64,000 bases of DNA from Nitrososphaerota archaeon (GCA_028867755.1 JAGWFT010000001.1:580727-644726), one strand, 5' to 3'; positions 10,606 to 20,930 are shown, counted from the stretch's first letter. Translations and numbers: made by a program. Notes: a model not told the origin generated them from the letters alone.

Positions 10606-12647
10606 TTTTGTTTACGCCTAACGGTCAAGCCTACTGTCACAGTTATCAGCATAATTCCTGAAATTATTGCCACTTGTTTTGTCGGAATTCCTATGATATC
10701 CTGAAGATTGAAGATATTTTTTTGAGCAACTTGGCTGACAAGTACCTCTTGATACGCTTCCTCTGTTTCGTTTGAGTCTTTTATCTGTGCCAAGAGCCAA
10801 TATTGGCCTTTTTCATAAACAGGAATAGAACCTGTTTCTTGAGGAGTAACAGAGGAACTAACGACCTTACCTGTATCCGAGTTTATCAAAGAAATTTTTG
10901 CATAAGACCATTTGTCAGGATAATCAATTGAAAAGTAAAGAGTACCATTGCTCTGGTCTACTAGAAGAGTTCCCTTTGTCACATGAATTACAACGGGTAT
11001 GCGGTAACTTGTTGTGTTATCTTTTAAAATGAGAAATCCATCACTATCTCCCTCGTTTTTAACTGTGTCTGAAATCTTGATATTCAATGTATCATTAGAT
11101 TGAGAATAATCAAAACCTATGCTGGTTTCATTTGATGAGAAACTTGCTCTCAACTGAGGAATCATAGAACTATCAAGTGTCCTCAAATGTAGTGTCTTTG
11201 TCTTGGATTGATTATCAAAAGATAGATTGAAAACTAGACTATGTGGTGACATTATCAAATTTGATTCTAATGCTCTAGTGATGTTTAGTCTTCCACCCCC
11301 AACAGCAGAAATAGGAAAAAGTTTACCATATGCATCAGTGACTGGGTCTGTTGTAGTGACAAGAAGTGACGCTACATCTGGAGGAGACAATCCTGGATAT
11401 TTTTGTAAAATAACTGCAGCAGCTCCTGCAACATGGGGGGCTGCAAAGCTTGTTCCGCTTGTAAGATTGTACTTTCCTCCAATAGTTGTAGAGTTTACAA
11501 ATACTCCAGGCGCAACAAGATCTGGCTTTATGTAGAAAGGAGATACTGGTCCTTGAGAACTAAAAGGTGCAATGAAATCCGGATGATAAAACATATTCAA
11601 ACTTCCTGTTGTGTCAGAAGTTAGCATAGACTTGAGTGCAAGTCCATCCTCTTTTGACATTGAAATAACTGGTATTCTTGGTATGTAGCCTGCAGTTTTG
11701 TTCGGTCCCACAAGCTCTCCAAAAAATATTCCTGTATCATTGTTAAACACAACAAGTGCTCTTGCACCAAGATCTGCAGCATTTTTTTCTTTTTCAGCAA
11801 AATAGACTTTCTGTCCTTTTGTGTCGCTGCCTCTTTCTTCAAGAAGTATGGCTCCCCTAGCATCTAATTTTTGAAGATCTTGTAGCCTTCCATATCCTCC
11901 ATAAACTACCTTACCTTCTATAGGACTTGGCAAGTTTTGGACTCCTACCATTGGAATAACCTGATATTGTTTTTTATCGACTTCAAAAGTTGCCACTAAA
12001 CTAGACGTCAAGTTATTGTATGACGCACCGACAGTAATTGCGTTGATATCTATTCCTGGGCTTCCAATGGTATCCTCCTGTGGACCATTATTTCCAGCAG
12101 CCACAACTATGACGATTCCTTTCTTTACAGCCTCATCAATTGCATTGTCAATCTGATCATTTGTCTTGTTAATTCCTAAACTAATGTTTACAACATTAAC
12201 CCTATCTGATATTGCCTGTTGGATGGCTTTTACTATGTAATCTGACGAGACTGCTTCTCCTGTTGATGATACCTTGTATGAAAACAATTTTGACTTGGGT
12301 GCTATTCCGGTAAAATTACCATCAGCAGCAATAATCCCTGCCACTTCGGTACCATGACCATTAATATCTAGGGGATTCTCGCTTGGATTAACATAATCGT
12401 ATCCTCCAATCACCTTTCCGGACTGACCATAGCCCAAAAGGTTGGGATGATTGTAATCTATTCCAGTATCTATTACTCCGATCTTAATTCCTTGACCTTC
12501 AAGGCCTTTCATTTGGGCAGCTTTGGCACCGACAAGCTCTATGCTCTTTTGTAGATTGTTTGAAATTTCTTGTTCGTTTGATCCTGATAAAAATAAACAT
12601 ATGCAGAAAATAATAAAAAGTGAAAAAATTAGTAGTCGATCAATCAC
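10602..12647 (-). CDS. Secreted, membrane-anchored S8 subtilisin-like protease with PA domain (Vpr-like)
   Basis: Catalytic triad VIDTG / HGTEVAG / GTSFAAPHVAG; PA insert; N-terminal signal and C-terminal TM with RRK tail. Confidence 0.92.
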   Translation of the reverse strand: MIDRLLIFSLFIIFCICLFLSGSNEQEISNNLQKSIELVGAKAAQMKGLEGQGIKIGVIDTGIDYNHPNLLGYGQSGKVIGGYDYVNPSENPLDINGHGTEVAGIIAADGNFTGIAPKSKLFSYKVSSTGEAVSSDYIVKAIQQAISDRVNVVNISLGINKTNDQIDNAIDEAVKKGIVIVVAAGNNGPQEDTIGSPGIDINAITVGASYNNLTSSLVATFEVDKKQYQVIPMVGVQNLPSPIEGKVVYGGYGRLQDLQKLDARGAILLEERGSDTKGQKVYFAEKEKNAADLGARALVVFNNDTGIFFGELVGPNKTAGYIPRIPVISMSKEDGLALKSMLTSDTTGSLNMFYHPDFIAPFSSQGPVSPFYIKPDLVAPGVFVNSTTIGGKYNLTSGTSFAAPHVAGAAAVILQKYPGLSPPDVASLLVTTTDPVTDAYGKLFPISAVGGGRLNITRALESNLIMSPHSLVFNLSFDNQSKTKTLHLRTLDSSMIPQLRASFSSNETSIGFDYSQSNDTLNIKISDTVKNEGDSDGFLILKDNTTSYRIPVVIHVTKGTLLVDQSNGTLYFSIDYPDKWSYAKISLINSDTGKVVSSSVTPQETGSIPVYEKGQYWLLAQIKDSNETEEAYQEVLVSQVAQKNIFNLQDIIGIPTKQVAIISGIMLITVTVGLTVRRKQN

Positions 12648-12723
12648 AGATTATCTGAAAATTGACTAGATAAAATGCATTTGCAACCAAAGCCATAAAT
12701 GGCAAGAACTGTGTGGGGGTACT

Positions 12724-13347
12724 ATGGCAAAATATGAACTTCCAAAGTTACCATACGCATACGATGCATTGGAGCCACACATTGATGCTAAAACAATGGA
12801 AATCCATCATTCAAAACACCATCAAGCATATACTGACGGCTTGAACAAAGCTTTGGAAACTCTGAGTTCTGATCTACAAAACATGGAGTTAACAAAGTTA
12901 CTTGCAAGCTTGGACAAAGTTCCAGAAAGCACAAGGGGTGCTGTGAATTTTCATGGAGGAGGATATGATAATCATTCATTGTTCTGGAATCACATGAAAT
13001 CAAATGGTGGTGGAACACCAGGTGGAGTCTTGGCTGATGCAATTAATGCAACATTTGGAAGCTTTGATAGCTTCAAAGAGAAATTCACAAAAGACACAAT
13101 TGCTATTCAAGGAAGTGGCTGGGGATGGCTGACATACAACCCACAAAATAAGAAAGTTGAATTCACTACAATGCCAAATCAGACTAGTCCTAGAACTAAG
13201 GGTTTAGTTCCCTTGTTAGGGCTGGATGTATGGGAACACGCATACTACCTAAAGTATCAAAATCGCAGAGCCGATTACGTTGGTGCATGGTGGAATGTCG
13301 TAAATTGGGATGAAGTAGACAACAGACTATCCAAGGCAAAAGCATAA
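12724..13347 (+). CDS. sod: Fe/Mn superoxide dismutase
   Basis: [26 protein letters not shown]. Confidence 0.97.
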   Translation: MAKYELPKLPYAYDALEPHIDAKTMEIHHSKHHQAYTDGLNKALETLSSDLQNMELTKLLASLDKVPESTRGAVNFHGGGYDNHSLFWNHMKSNGGGTPGGVLADAINATFGSFDSFKEKFTKDTIAIQGSGWGWLTYNPQNKKVEFTTMPNQTSPRTKGLVPLLGLDVWEHAYYLKYQNRRADYVGAWWNVVNWDEVDNRLSKAKA

Positions 13348-13350
13348 CCC

Positions 13351-13365
13351 TTTTCCTTTTTGTTT
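13351..13365 (+). terminator. Oligo-T archaeal terminator after sod
   Basis: TTTTCCTTTTTGTTT begins 4 nt after the stop codon. Confidence 0.5.
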
Positions 13366-13517
13366 CTATTGTATTGTTTTAAGTTGTTAGACGGTTATTG
13401 CTCTTGTGATGTTATAACAATTGATAAAACAAGAACATCTAAAATTAGAAAATTGTTTTTAATTTACTTGCAAAAAGTGTTTTTCAGAATGCATTTATAG
13501 GTGGCTAAGAGAATTTT

Positions 13518-13946
13518 TTGCAAATGAGTGAAGAGCAGGCTCAGGCTCTATTGCAACAATTACAAGCGCTTGAGGGATATTTGGCAGATTTAGTGCAACG
13601 AGAAGAGTCCGTAATGAGACTTTTACAAGAAGCAACAGGAGCTATTGAATCTATGAAAGCAATGAGTGGAGATGCAACACATGAAACTCTTGTACCTGTA
13701 GGTCTGGGGACTTATGTAAAAGCAAAGATTGAACCAAACCAAAAAATGATCATCAATATTGGTGCTGGAGCTTCAATTGAACAAGACAAGGATTCTGCAA
13801 TTAACTATATGGAATCTAGAATCAAAGAATTGGAGATTGTACTACAACAATTGGCGGCTCAGAGGCAAGAAGTATCATTTAGACTTGAACAAGGTCAACA
13901 GGAAATGAACAAACTTATACAATCAAGTCGCGGTTCTACGCAGTAA
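13518..13946 (+). CDS. pfdA: Prefoldin alpha subunit
   Basis: Coiled coils flanking LVPVGLGTYVKA...IINIGAG beta-hairpins. Confidence 0.93.
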   Translation: MQMSEEQAQALLQQLQALEGYLADLVQREESVMRLLQEATGAIESMKAMSGDATHETLVPVGLGTYVKAKIEPNQKMIINIGAGASIEQDKDSAINYMESRIKELEIVLQQLAAQRQEVSFRLEQGQQEMNKLIQSSRGSTQ

Positions 13947-13957
13947 GGAAATTCATC

Positions 13958-15331
13958 ATGTTTGATAAACTACGAAGTGCGTTTTCTTCAGCAGTAAAAA
14001 GCTTTGGAGAAAAAGAACTTAAAGAAAAAGATATAGACGAAGTTTTGTTCCAACTTGAGGTATCTTTACTAGAATCTGACGTAGCAACAGAAGTAATTGA
14101 TCTATTAAAGTCTGATCTGAAAAAACAATTAATTGGTACTACAATACAAAAGGACACCATAGATGAATTTGTAAAAACAAGCCTACGACAAAGTGTTTCA
14201 AACATGTTTGATTCTGCAGGTAAAATTGACATCTTATCTGGCATACAAAAAAAGAAGGAAAAGGGAGACCCATACATTATTTCATTTATGGGCATTAACG
14301 GAACAGGAAAAACTACTACTATTGCAAAATTTGCCAATCTTTTACGTGAAAATAAATTTTCATCTGTAATTGCAGCTGCAGATACATACAGAGCAGGAGC
14401 AATTGAACAGATAAGCGAACATGGCAAGCGACTAAACATCAAAGTTATAGCACAGAATTATGGTTCTGATCCTGCCGCTGTTTCACGTGACGCTGTATTA
14501 TATGCCAAGTCTCACAAGGTAGATTGCGTGCTAATTGATACGGCAGGAAGAATGCAGACAAGCAAGAACCTCATGGATCAGATATCGAAAATCAACAAAG
14601 TGGTAAATCCTGATCTAAAGTTATTTGTTGGTGATTCACTGGCAGGAAATGATACAGTTAGCCAAGCCCGAGAATTTCATAATTACACTAAATTTGATGG
14701 TGCGATTCTTACCAAAAGCGATGCAGATGCACGTGGAGGTGCTGCTATCTCAATAGTCAAGGTGACATCAAGCCCAATTCTCTATCTGGGTATGGGCCAA
14801 GAATACAAAGACCTGAAAGTATTTGACAAAGACTCATTTCTGGATTCCTTATTTGGGCCGCAGGAATCTATACATGAGATATCAACTCCACCAAAAGAAA
14901 AACCTCAACAACAACCCAAACAAAAGGAAATTGTTATTGAAGAAGAGAAAAAAGTAGAAAAACAACTCGAACCAGAACCAAAGATAGAACCAAAGTTAGA
15001 ACCAAAGTTAGAACCAAAGATCAAACAAGAAATAAAAACAAAACCTGTAAGCAAAGACCAGGATAAAGATGAGGATCCTTTTAATGGGATAGAAACAAAA
15101 GATATTGAAAAATATTCAGATTTGTTTGATGTTCCCCCGCCTACTAGTGATAGTGAGGCACGAAATCTTGCAGCAAAAATAAGACGATGGATTTCTGATG
15201 GCAGACCAAAACCTACAAAAGAAGAAGAAAAAGATGTTATTGATGAGGAAATTAGTGAAAACAAAGATGAAATATCTGAAGAGGAAAAACCAAAAAAGAA
15301 ACGTTCTATGTTTGGATGGATGAAGAAATGA
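13958..15331 (+). CDS. ftsY: SRP receptor FtsY with a long charged C-terminal extension
   Basis: GINGTGKTTTIAK, DTYRAGAIEQ, DTAGR, TKSD, GMGQEY; NG domain followed by about 150 low-complexity residues. Confidence 0.96.
   Translation: MFDKLRSAFSSAVKSFGEKELKEKDIDEVLFQLEVSLLESDVATEVIDLLKSDLKKQLIGTTIQKDTIDEFVKTSLRQSVSNMFDSAGKIDILSGIQKKKEKGDPYIISFMGINGTGKTTTIAKFANLLRENKFSSVIAAADTYRAGAIEQISEHGKRLNIKVIAQNYGSDPAAVSRDAVLYAKSHKVDCVLIDTAGRMQTSKNLMDQISKINKVVNPDLKLFVGDSLAGNDTVSQAREFHNYTKFDGAILTKSDADARGGAAISIVKVTSSPILYLGMGQEYKDLKVFDKDSFLDSLFGPQESIHEISTPPKEKPQQQPKQKEIVIEEEKKVEKQLEPEPKIEPKLEPKLEPKIKQEIKTKPVSKDQDKDEDPFNGIETKDIEKYSDLFDVPPPTSDSEARNLAAKIRRWISDGRPKPTKEEEKDVIDEEISENKDEISEEEKPKKKRSMFGWMKK
14975..15022 (+). 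repeat. 4 x 12-bp tandem repeat GAACCAAAG(ATA/TTA/TTA/ATC) encoding EPK[I/L]
   Basis: Read directly; in frame within the ftsY tail. Confidence 0.95.
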
Positions 15332-16242
15332 AACTAAAAACAAGGGACCTATTAACATTAAATGAACTTGGTAAATCAGAACTTAATGAAATCATAGACA
15401 ATGCAATAAAGATGAAGAAGGATCTAAAGAAAGGGATTTCAAAACCACTTCTTAAAAATAAAACGCTCGCAATGATATTTCAGAAACCATCTACAAGGAC
15501 AAGAATAAGCTTTGAAACTGGAATGTTTCAACTAGGTGGACACGCCTTAAATTTAGCTGCAGATGAATTACAATTGAAACGTGGAGAAACCATAGAAGAT
15601 ACCGCAAAGACACTTTCACGATATGTAGATTTGATAATGGCTAGGGTTTATTCTCATGACGAAGTAGAGTTACTTGCAAAAAATTCATCTATTCCTGTAA
15701 TAAATGGACTTTCAGATTCTTTTCATCCATGTCAAATATTGGCGGATCTCATGACAATAAAAGAAAAAAAGAAAAAATTCGCTGGTCTTAAACTGGCATG
15801 GGTAGGTGACGGTAATAACGTGTGCAACTCAATGATATATGGCTGTGCAAAAACTGGCATCAACATTAGTGTAGCAACTCCAAAGGGGTATGAGCCAAAT
15901 CAAGATGTTGTGAAAGAATCTAGCAAATTGACCGAAGTAAAATTATCCAATTACCCAGAAACTGCTGTGAATGGAGCAGATATCGTAGTCACAGACACTT
16001 TTGTTTCAATACATCATCAAACAACTGATAGGACAAAGGATTTTCTTCCACGTTTTCAAGTAAATTCATCTCTTATGAAAAAAGCTAATTCATCTGCAAT
16101 CTTTATGCATTGTTTGCCTGCCAAACGAGGCCAAGAAGTTACAAGTGACGTGATCGATGGACCACAATCAGTAATATGGGACGAAGCTGAAAATAGACTT
16201 CATGCTCAAAAGGCGCTTATGGCAGCATTGTTGAGAGTCTAA
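15328..16242 (+). CDS. argF: Ornithine carbamoyltransferase
   Basis: PSTRTR, HPCQ, FMHCLP; likely start at 15328 overlapping the ftsY stop (ATGA). Confidence 0.96.
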   Translation: MKLKTRDLLTLNELGKSELNEIIDNAIKMKKDLKKGISKPLLKNKTLAMIFQKPSTRTRISFETGMFQLGGHALNLAADELQLKRGETIEDTAKTLSRYVDLIMARVYSHDEVELLAKNSSIPVINGLSDSFHPCQILADLMTIKEKKKKFAGLKLAWVGDGNNVCNSMIYGCAKTGINISVATPKGYEPNQDVVKESSKLTEVKLSNYPETAVNGADIVVTDTFVSIHHQTTDRTKDFLPRFQVNSSLMKKANSSAIFMHCLPAKRGQEVTSDVIDGPQSVIWDEAENRLHAQKALMAALLRV

Positions 16243-16289
16243 CGTTTATAAGAGCTTCACCAAAATTTTTTGTAAATAGGTAAGTATTG

Positions 16290-16778
16290 ATGGCATATTC
16301 ACAAATATTACGCAGATCTCGTGAAGAGAAAACCAACTATGGTAGGAGAAGAAATCTTCTCATGGGTAGACGAGACTTTATCACAGTTCAGATATCAAAC
16401 GAGAACACTCTTGTACAGATTCACAAACCCGAAATGTCAGGAGACAAAGTCCTCTCATCTGCTCATTCCAGGTCCCTTTTGAAAAAAGGCTGGAAAGGCT
16501 CAAGAAAGAGTGTGCCAGCAGCTTATCTGACAGGTTATCTTGCAGGAAAGAAAGCACTAGCTCACGGTGTCAATAGTGCTGTTCTTTATGTTGGTACTAG
16601 ACGATATACTCAACGAATATCTGCAGCATTGAAAGGAATAATAGATGCTGGACTAGAAGTACCTGCAGATGAAGAAACTTTTCCTTCTGCAGACAGAATT
16701 ACTGGTAAACATCTCAAAGTTGCAAATGAGATTGACAAGATAAAATCAGCAATAGATAATGAGGTAAAGACTAAATGA
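16290..16778 (+). CDS. rpl18: 50S ribosomal protein L18
   Basis: RRSREEKTNYGRR, SVPAAYLTGYLAG, GIIDAGLEVP. Confidence 0.96.
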   Translation: MAYSQILRRSREEKTNYGRRRNLLMGRRDFITVQISNENTLVQIHKPEMSGDKVLSSAHSRSLLKKGWKGSRKSVPAAYLTGYLAGKKALAHGVNSAVLYVGTRRYTQRISAALKGIIDAGLEVPADEETFPSADRITGKHLKVANEIDKIKSAIDNEVKTK

Positions 16779-17404
16779 GCAGATCAGAAACAAGACAAAG
16801 ATCTAGAGAACCAGAAGTGGAATGGGTACCAAGAACAACTTTAGGAAAATTAGTTGCAACAAGCAAAATTACAACCATGAAAGAAATCTATGAGAATGGT
16901 TATCGCATTCAAGAGGCGGGAATTATCAAGAAGTTATTACCTGGTATCAAGACAGAAGTTATTGATGTTGGCATAGTCCAAAAACAGACTACCAACGGAG
17001 AATATACCAGATTCAAGGCACTCGTAGCAGCAGGTGATGAAAATGGATGGCTTGGCATAGGTCAAGGAAAATCCAAACAAATGAGAATTGCTATAGAAAA
17101 AGCCACTAGTCAAGCTTATCTTAACGTAAGTCCAGTGAAACTGGGCTGTGGAAGTTGGGAGTGTAAATGTGATCAGAAACACTCTGTGCCTTTCAAGGTC
17201 AGGGGTAGAGGCGGAAGTGTAACAGTTGAAATCATCCCAGGGCCTAGAGGTCTGGGACTAGTTGCAGGCGGAAATATTAGAAACCTGTTAAAACTGGCAG
17301 GCCTCAAAGATGCATGGACAAAAAGCAAAGGCTCCACAAATACAATGACATCAACATCACGAGCAGTTTTGAATTGCTTGAGACAAACATTTAGTCAAGG
17401 TTGA
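16775..17404 (+). CDS. rps5: 30S ribosomal protein S5
   Basis: WVPRTTLGKLV, GCGSWEC, PGPRGLGLVAG. Confidence 0.97.
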   Translation: MSRSETRQRSREPEVEWVPRTTLGKLVATSKITTMKEIYENGYRIQEAGIIKKLLPGIKTEVIDVGIVQKQTTNGEYTRFKALVAAGDENGWLGIGQGKSKQMRIAIEKATSQAYLNVSPVKLGCGSWECKCDQKHSVPFKVRGRGGSVTVEIIPGPRGLGLVAGGNIRNLLKLAGLKDAWTKSKGSTNTMTSTSRAVLNCLRQTFSQG

Positions 17405-17410
17405 ATGTAG

Positions 17411-17878
17411 ATGGGAAAAGCTTTCTTAGTAGTTAGAATGAAAGGAACAATTAATGTTCCACATTGGGCAAACACTACTCTAGATCTACTCCATTTGGAC
17501 AAGAGATTTAGGGCAACAATAGTGCCGGAACGAGATAATACAAAAGGAATGTTGAATAAGATTAAGCATTATGTGTCTTGGCAAGAAATTGATGTTACAG
17601 TGGCAAAGGAACTTTTAGAAAAAAAGGCTAGGAAGAATGGTTATAGAAAAATTACCTCTGAAGATATTGAAAAACTTGGGTTCAAAAATACCGATGATCT
17701 GGCAAAATCATTAGCAGATGGTGCAATTGCATTATCAAAGTTAACACCGCTCAAACCATGGTTTGCTCTAGCCCCACCAAGACATGGATTCAAGAGGAGC
17801 ACAAAGAAGATGTATGGTGAAGGGGGAATATTGGGAAGTCATAAACAACTTCTTGAACAAGTGAGGCTAATGATGTAA
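17411..17878 (+). CDS. rpl30: 50S ribosomal protein L30
   Basis: TLDLLHL, GMLNKIKHYVSWQE, LAPPRHGF; operon position. Confidence 0.95.
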   Translation: MGKAFLVVRMKGTINVPHWANTTLDLLHLDKRFRATIVPERDNTKGMLNKIKHYVSWQEIDVTVAKELLEKKARKNGYRKITSEDIEKLGFKNTDDLAKSLADGAIALSKLTPLKPWFALAPPRHGFKRSTKKMYGEGGILGSHKQLLEQVRLMM

Positions 17879-17879
17879 A

Positions 17880-18302
17880 ATGGCAACAAGACTGCGAAAG
17901 ACAAGAAAATATCGAGGAGGAAGACATCACGGATGGGGACAGATAGGACAACACAGAGCCAGCGGTCACAAAGGAGGCCTTGGACAATCTGGTATGCACA
18001 AACATCACTTTATCAGGATGCTATTAACAGATCCAAAACATTTTGGTCATGATTCTACTCACCCGCCACATCCAAACCTAGTAAGGAAATGGGCAAGTGT
18101 GAGAGATCTAGATGATATTTATGCAAAGCACGGAAAACAAGAAGGCGGAAAGAAAATAATAGATCTCTCAGAGCTTGGCTATGACAAGTTGTTAGGAGGA
18201 GGACAGACAAAGAATGCCTATGTCGTAAAAGTAGAACGATTTTCTGCTACGGCAGAAGAAAAAGTTAAGAAATCTGGTGGCGAGGTGCTTGCAACAGAAT
18301 GA
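17880..18302 (+). CDS. rpl15: 50S ribosomal protein L15
   Basis: RKYRGGRHHGWG...HRASGHKGGLG, GYDKLLGGG. Confidence 0.96.
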   Translation: MATRLRKTRKYRGGRHHGWGQIGQHRASGHKGGLGQSGMHKHHFIRMLLTDPKHFGHDSTHPPHPNLVRKWASVRDLDDIYAKHGKQEGGKKIIDLSELGYDKLLGGGQTKNAYVVKVERFSATAEEKVKKSGGEVLATE

Positions 18303-19732
18303 GTGAAGAAGCAACACCAACAGGTTTTCTTAGAACAATAATTTCTAAAGCAGAAACTTACATTCCGCAGGTACCAAAACCCAAGAAGAAAATTTCCTTA
18401 CATGTTCGTTTGATATGGTGTGGAATAGCTTTATTCATATACATGATTATGGGGCAAACTCCTCTATATGGAGCAACTACTCCTGCATTTGACTTTCTTG
18501 CTTTTGCAAGAGTAATTTTTGCATCTCAGCAAGGAACCTTAGTAGAACTTGGAATTGGGCCTATAGTAACAGCTGGACTCTTGATGCAGCTCTTAAAAGG
18601 TTCTGAAATATTTCATTTGGATTTTAAAAAGCCAGAGGACAGAGAGCTCTATCAAACAGCAACAAAAATTGTAACATATATCGTAATCGTTGCAGAGTCG
18701 TCATTATATGGAATGGCTGTATACGGGCCAAGACTTCCCAGCCATGAAGCTGCCTTTATTCTAATAGGGCAACTTATCGGTGCATCAGTAATCATCATGT
18801 TATTAGACGAATTGGTCCAGAAAGGATGGGGCATTGGAAGTGGAATCAGTTTATTCATTGCTGCAGGTGTAGCTCAACAGGTCGTTTGGGCTCTAATCAG
18901 TCCAATTCCAGCAGGAGACGGAGGTCCAGTTGGAGTTATTGCAAATATTATCTACGCGTTTCTACACCACGACTTTAGTAACCTGTTGTTTAGGGCAAAC
19001 CAAATACCTAGTGTCTTTGGTCTTCTTATCACAGCTGGTGTATTGCTAATTCTTGTATATACTCAAGGGATCAAAGTGGAAATTCCCATCGTATCAACAA
19101 AATACAGAGGATTTTCTGCAGTATATCCAATCAAACTCATGTACGTCTCAAACATCCCTGTCATCTTGGCATCAGCACTCACTGCCAACGCGGTGTTTAT
19201 TGGTCAAATAATGTGGGCTAACTTTAATCCGCGAAATGCAAATCCTATAATGAATTTCTTGGGAATGTTTGATCCGACTTCCCCATCTACTCCAACAGGA
19301 GGTATTCTTTACTATATAACAGCACCACGTGGTCTTGATATTGTTGCACTAGATCCAGGACGAGCTGTTGCGTATATCTTATTCATGGTGGGCATAGTTG
19401 TTCTCTTTGGAAGACTTTGGATTGAACTTGGAGGACTCTCTGCTAAAAGTGCAGCAAAGAATTTGCTTGATGCAGACGTGCAAATACCTGGCTTTAGGCG
19501 TTCCAATCAACCAGTAGAAAGCTTACTGCAAAAGTACATCCCATCTGTTACAATACTTGGCTCTATTATTCTTGGATTGCTAGCTGGATGTTCAGATGTA
19601 TTAGGAACTTTTGGCTCAGGGACTGGGATGCTACTTACAGTTGACATCTTGATTAACTATTACAACTTGTTAGTAAGAGAAAGAGTAGAAGAGGTAATGC
19701 CTACCCTGGGTGCGTTGCTTGGTAGAAAGTAA
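18299..19732 (+). CDS. secY: Preprotein translocase subunit SecY
   Basis: ELGIGPIVTAG, GWGIGSGISLFIAAGV, YPIKLMYVSNIPVIL, GSGTGMLL; about 10 TM. Confidence 0.98.
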   Translation: MSEEATPTGFLRTIISKAETYIPQVPKPKKKISLHVRLIWCGIALFIYMIMGQTPLYGATTPAFDFLAFARVIFASQQGTLVELGIGPIVTAGLLMQLLKGSEIFHLDFKKPEDRELYQTATKIVTYIVIVAESSLYGMAVYGPRLPSHEAAFILIGQLIGASVIIMLLDELVQKGWGIGSGISLFIAAGVAQQVVWALISPIPAGDGGPVGVIANIIYAFLHHDFSNLLFRANQIPSVFGLLITAGVLLILVYTQGIKVEIPIVSTKYRGFSAVYPIKLMYVSNIPVILASALTANAVFIGQIMWANFNPRNANPIMNFLGMFDPTSPSTPTGGILYYITAPRGLDIVALDPGRAVAYILFMVGIVVLFGRLWIELGGLSAKSAAKNLLDADVQIPGFRRSNQPVESLLQKYIPSVTILGSIILGLLAGCSDVLGTFGSGTGMLLTVDILINYYNLLVRERVEEVMPTLGALLGRK

Positions 19733-20324
19733 AAGAATAATAATTGTCGGAATTCCAGGGGTTGGAAAAACCACTCTTGTTTCCAAGGTTGTCGATGTAT
19801 TAAGAGAAAAAAAAATCAGTGTTAGTGTCTCAATATTTGGCACTGTAATGTTTGAAGAAGCAAAGAGGGTTAAGGGAATCCAAAGTAGGGATGATCTCCG
19901 TAAACTTTCTGTACGAGAACAAAAAGAACTTCAATCTATGGCCGCAAGAACAATAGCATCGATAACAGATGAAGTAGTGATAGTAGACACTCATGCGTTT
20001 ATCTCAACAAAGGAGGGCTTTTACCCTGGATTACCTCATAATGTTTTAGAAATTTTGATGCCTGACAGCTTTATTATGATTACTGCAAGACCAGAAGAGA
20101 TCTATAATCGAAGAATGAAAGATACCTCAAGAAATCGTGACATTGTATCAATTGACGCAATCAAGAAAGAACTCGATGTTACAAGTGCAATGCTTTCAAC
20201 CTGTTCCATACTTTGTGGCTCACCAATAAAGATGGTCCTCAATACTGAAGGTAAGATTGATGAGGCTGCAAAAGGGATTGTTAGTGCAATGGGATTTAAC
20301 AATGGAACAAATCATACTCTTTGA
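19719..20324 (+). CDS. adkA: Adenylate kinase (archaeal type)
   Basis: GIPGVGKTT P-loop, DTH...GFYPGLP; probable TTG start at 19719. Confidence 0.95.
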   Translation: MVESKRIIIVGIPGVGKTTLVSKVVDVLREKKISVSVSIFGTVMFEEAKRVKGIQSRDDLRKLSVREQKELQSMAARTIASITDEVVIVDTHAFISTKEGFYPGLPHNVLEILMPDSFIMITARPEEIYNRRMKDTSRNRDIVSIDAIKKELDVTSAMLSTCSILCGSPIKMVLNTEGKIDEAAKGIVSAMGFNNGTNHTL

Positions 20325-20345
20325 TCTTCTAAACGTGATACTAAA

Positions 20346-20930
20346 TTGCTCAAATCAGTAATAATATCAGGTCCTCCTGCTATAGGAAAGACTACTATCG
20401 CAAAGGGTCTTGCAAAGGAATTTGGCCTAAAATATCTCAGCGGGGGCGACGTACTAAAGGAAATGGCAAAAGAAGAGGGATTCAAGACTGGAAGGGACGA
20501 TTTTTGGGATACCGAGGCAGGAATGAAGTTTCTGAACATGAGAAAAGGAAATTCTGAATTTGATAAAGCAGTTGACGAGAAACTAAAGAAAATATTCCTA
20601 ACTGAAGATGTAGTCATAACTAGCTATACTCTTCCTTGGCTAGTCAAAGATGGGATCAAGATTTGGCTTGCTGGGTCACAAGAAATCAGTGCAAGAAGAA
20701 TGACTACAAGGGACAATATTTCATACGACAACGCATATGGAATTGTAAAAAAAAGATATGATGAAAACAAAATGATATACAAGACACTATATAGCTTTAA
20801 TTTTGGAGATGATCTATCTGTGTTCGACGAAATAATAAATACGGACGGTCTGGGTCCAGATCAGGTACTTGAACTTGCAAAGAAGGCAGTGAAAAATCAT
20901 TATGACACTCAAACAAATAGAAAATCTTAG
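20346..20930 (+). CDS. cmk: Cytidylate kinase (archaeal type)
   Basis: ISGPPAIGKTT, SGGDVLKEMA; canonical position before cbf5. Confidence 0.9.
   Translation: MLKSVIISGPPAIGKTTIAKGLAKEFGLKYLSGGDVLKEMAKEEGFKTGRDDFWDTEAGMKFLNMRKGNSEFDKAVDEKLKKIFLTEDVVITSYTLPWLVKDGIKIWLAGSQEISARRMTTRDNISYDNAYGIVKKRYDENKMIYKTLYSFNFGDDLSVFDEIINTDGLGPDQVLELAKKAVKNHYDTQTNRKS

Noticed and set aside
13936-14442. 168-aa minus-strand ORF
   Set aside because: It is almost entirely antisense to the ftsY NG domain and has no independent motif.
14905-15358. Minus-strand S/F-rich ORFs with FGSN repeats
   Set aside because: They are the antisense reading of the low-complexity ftsY tail.
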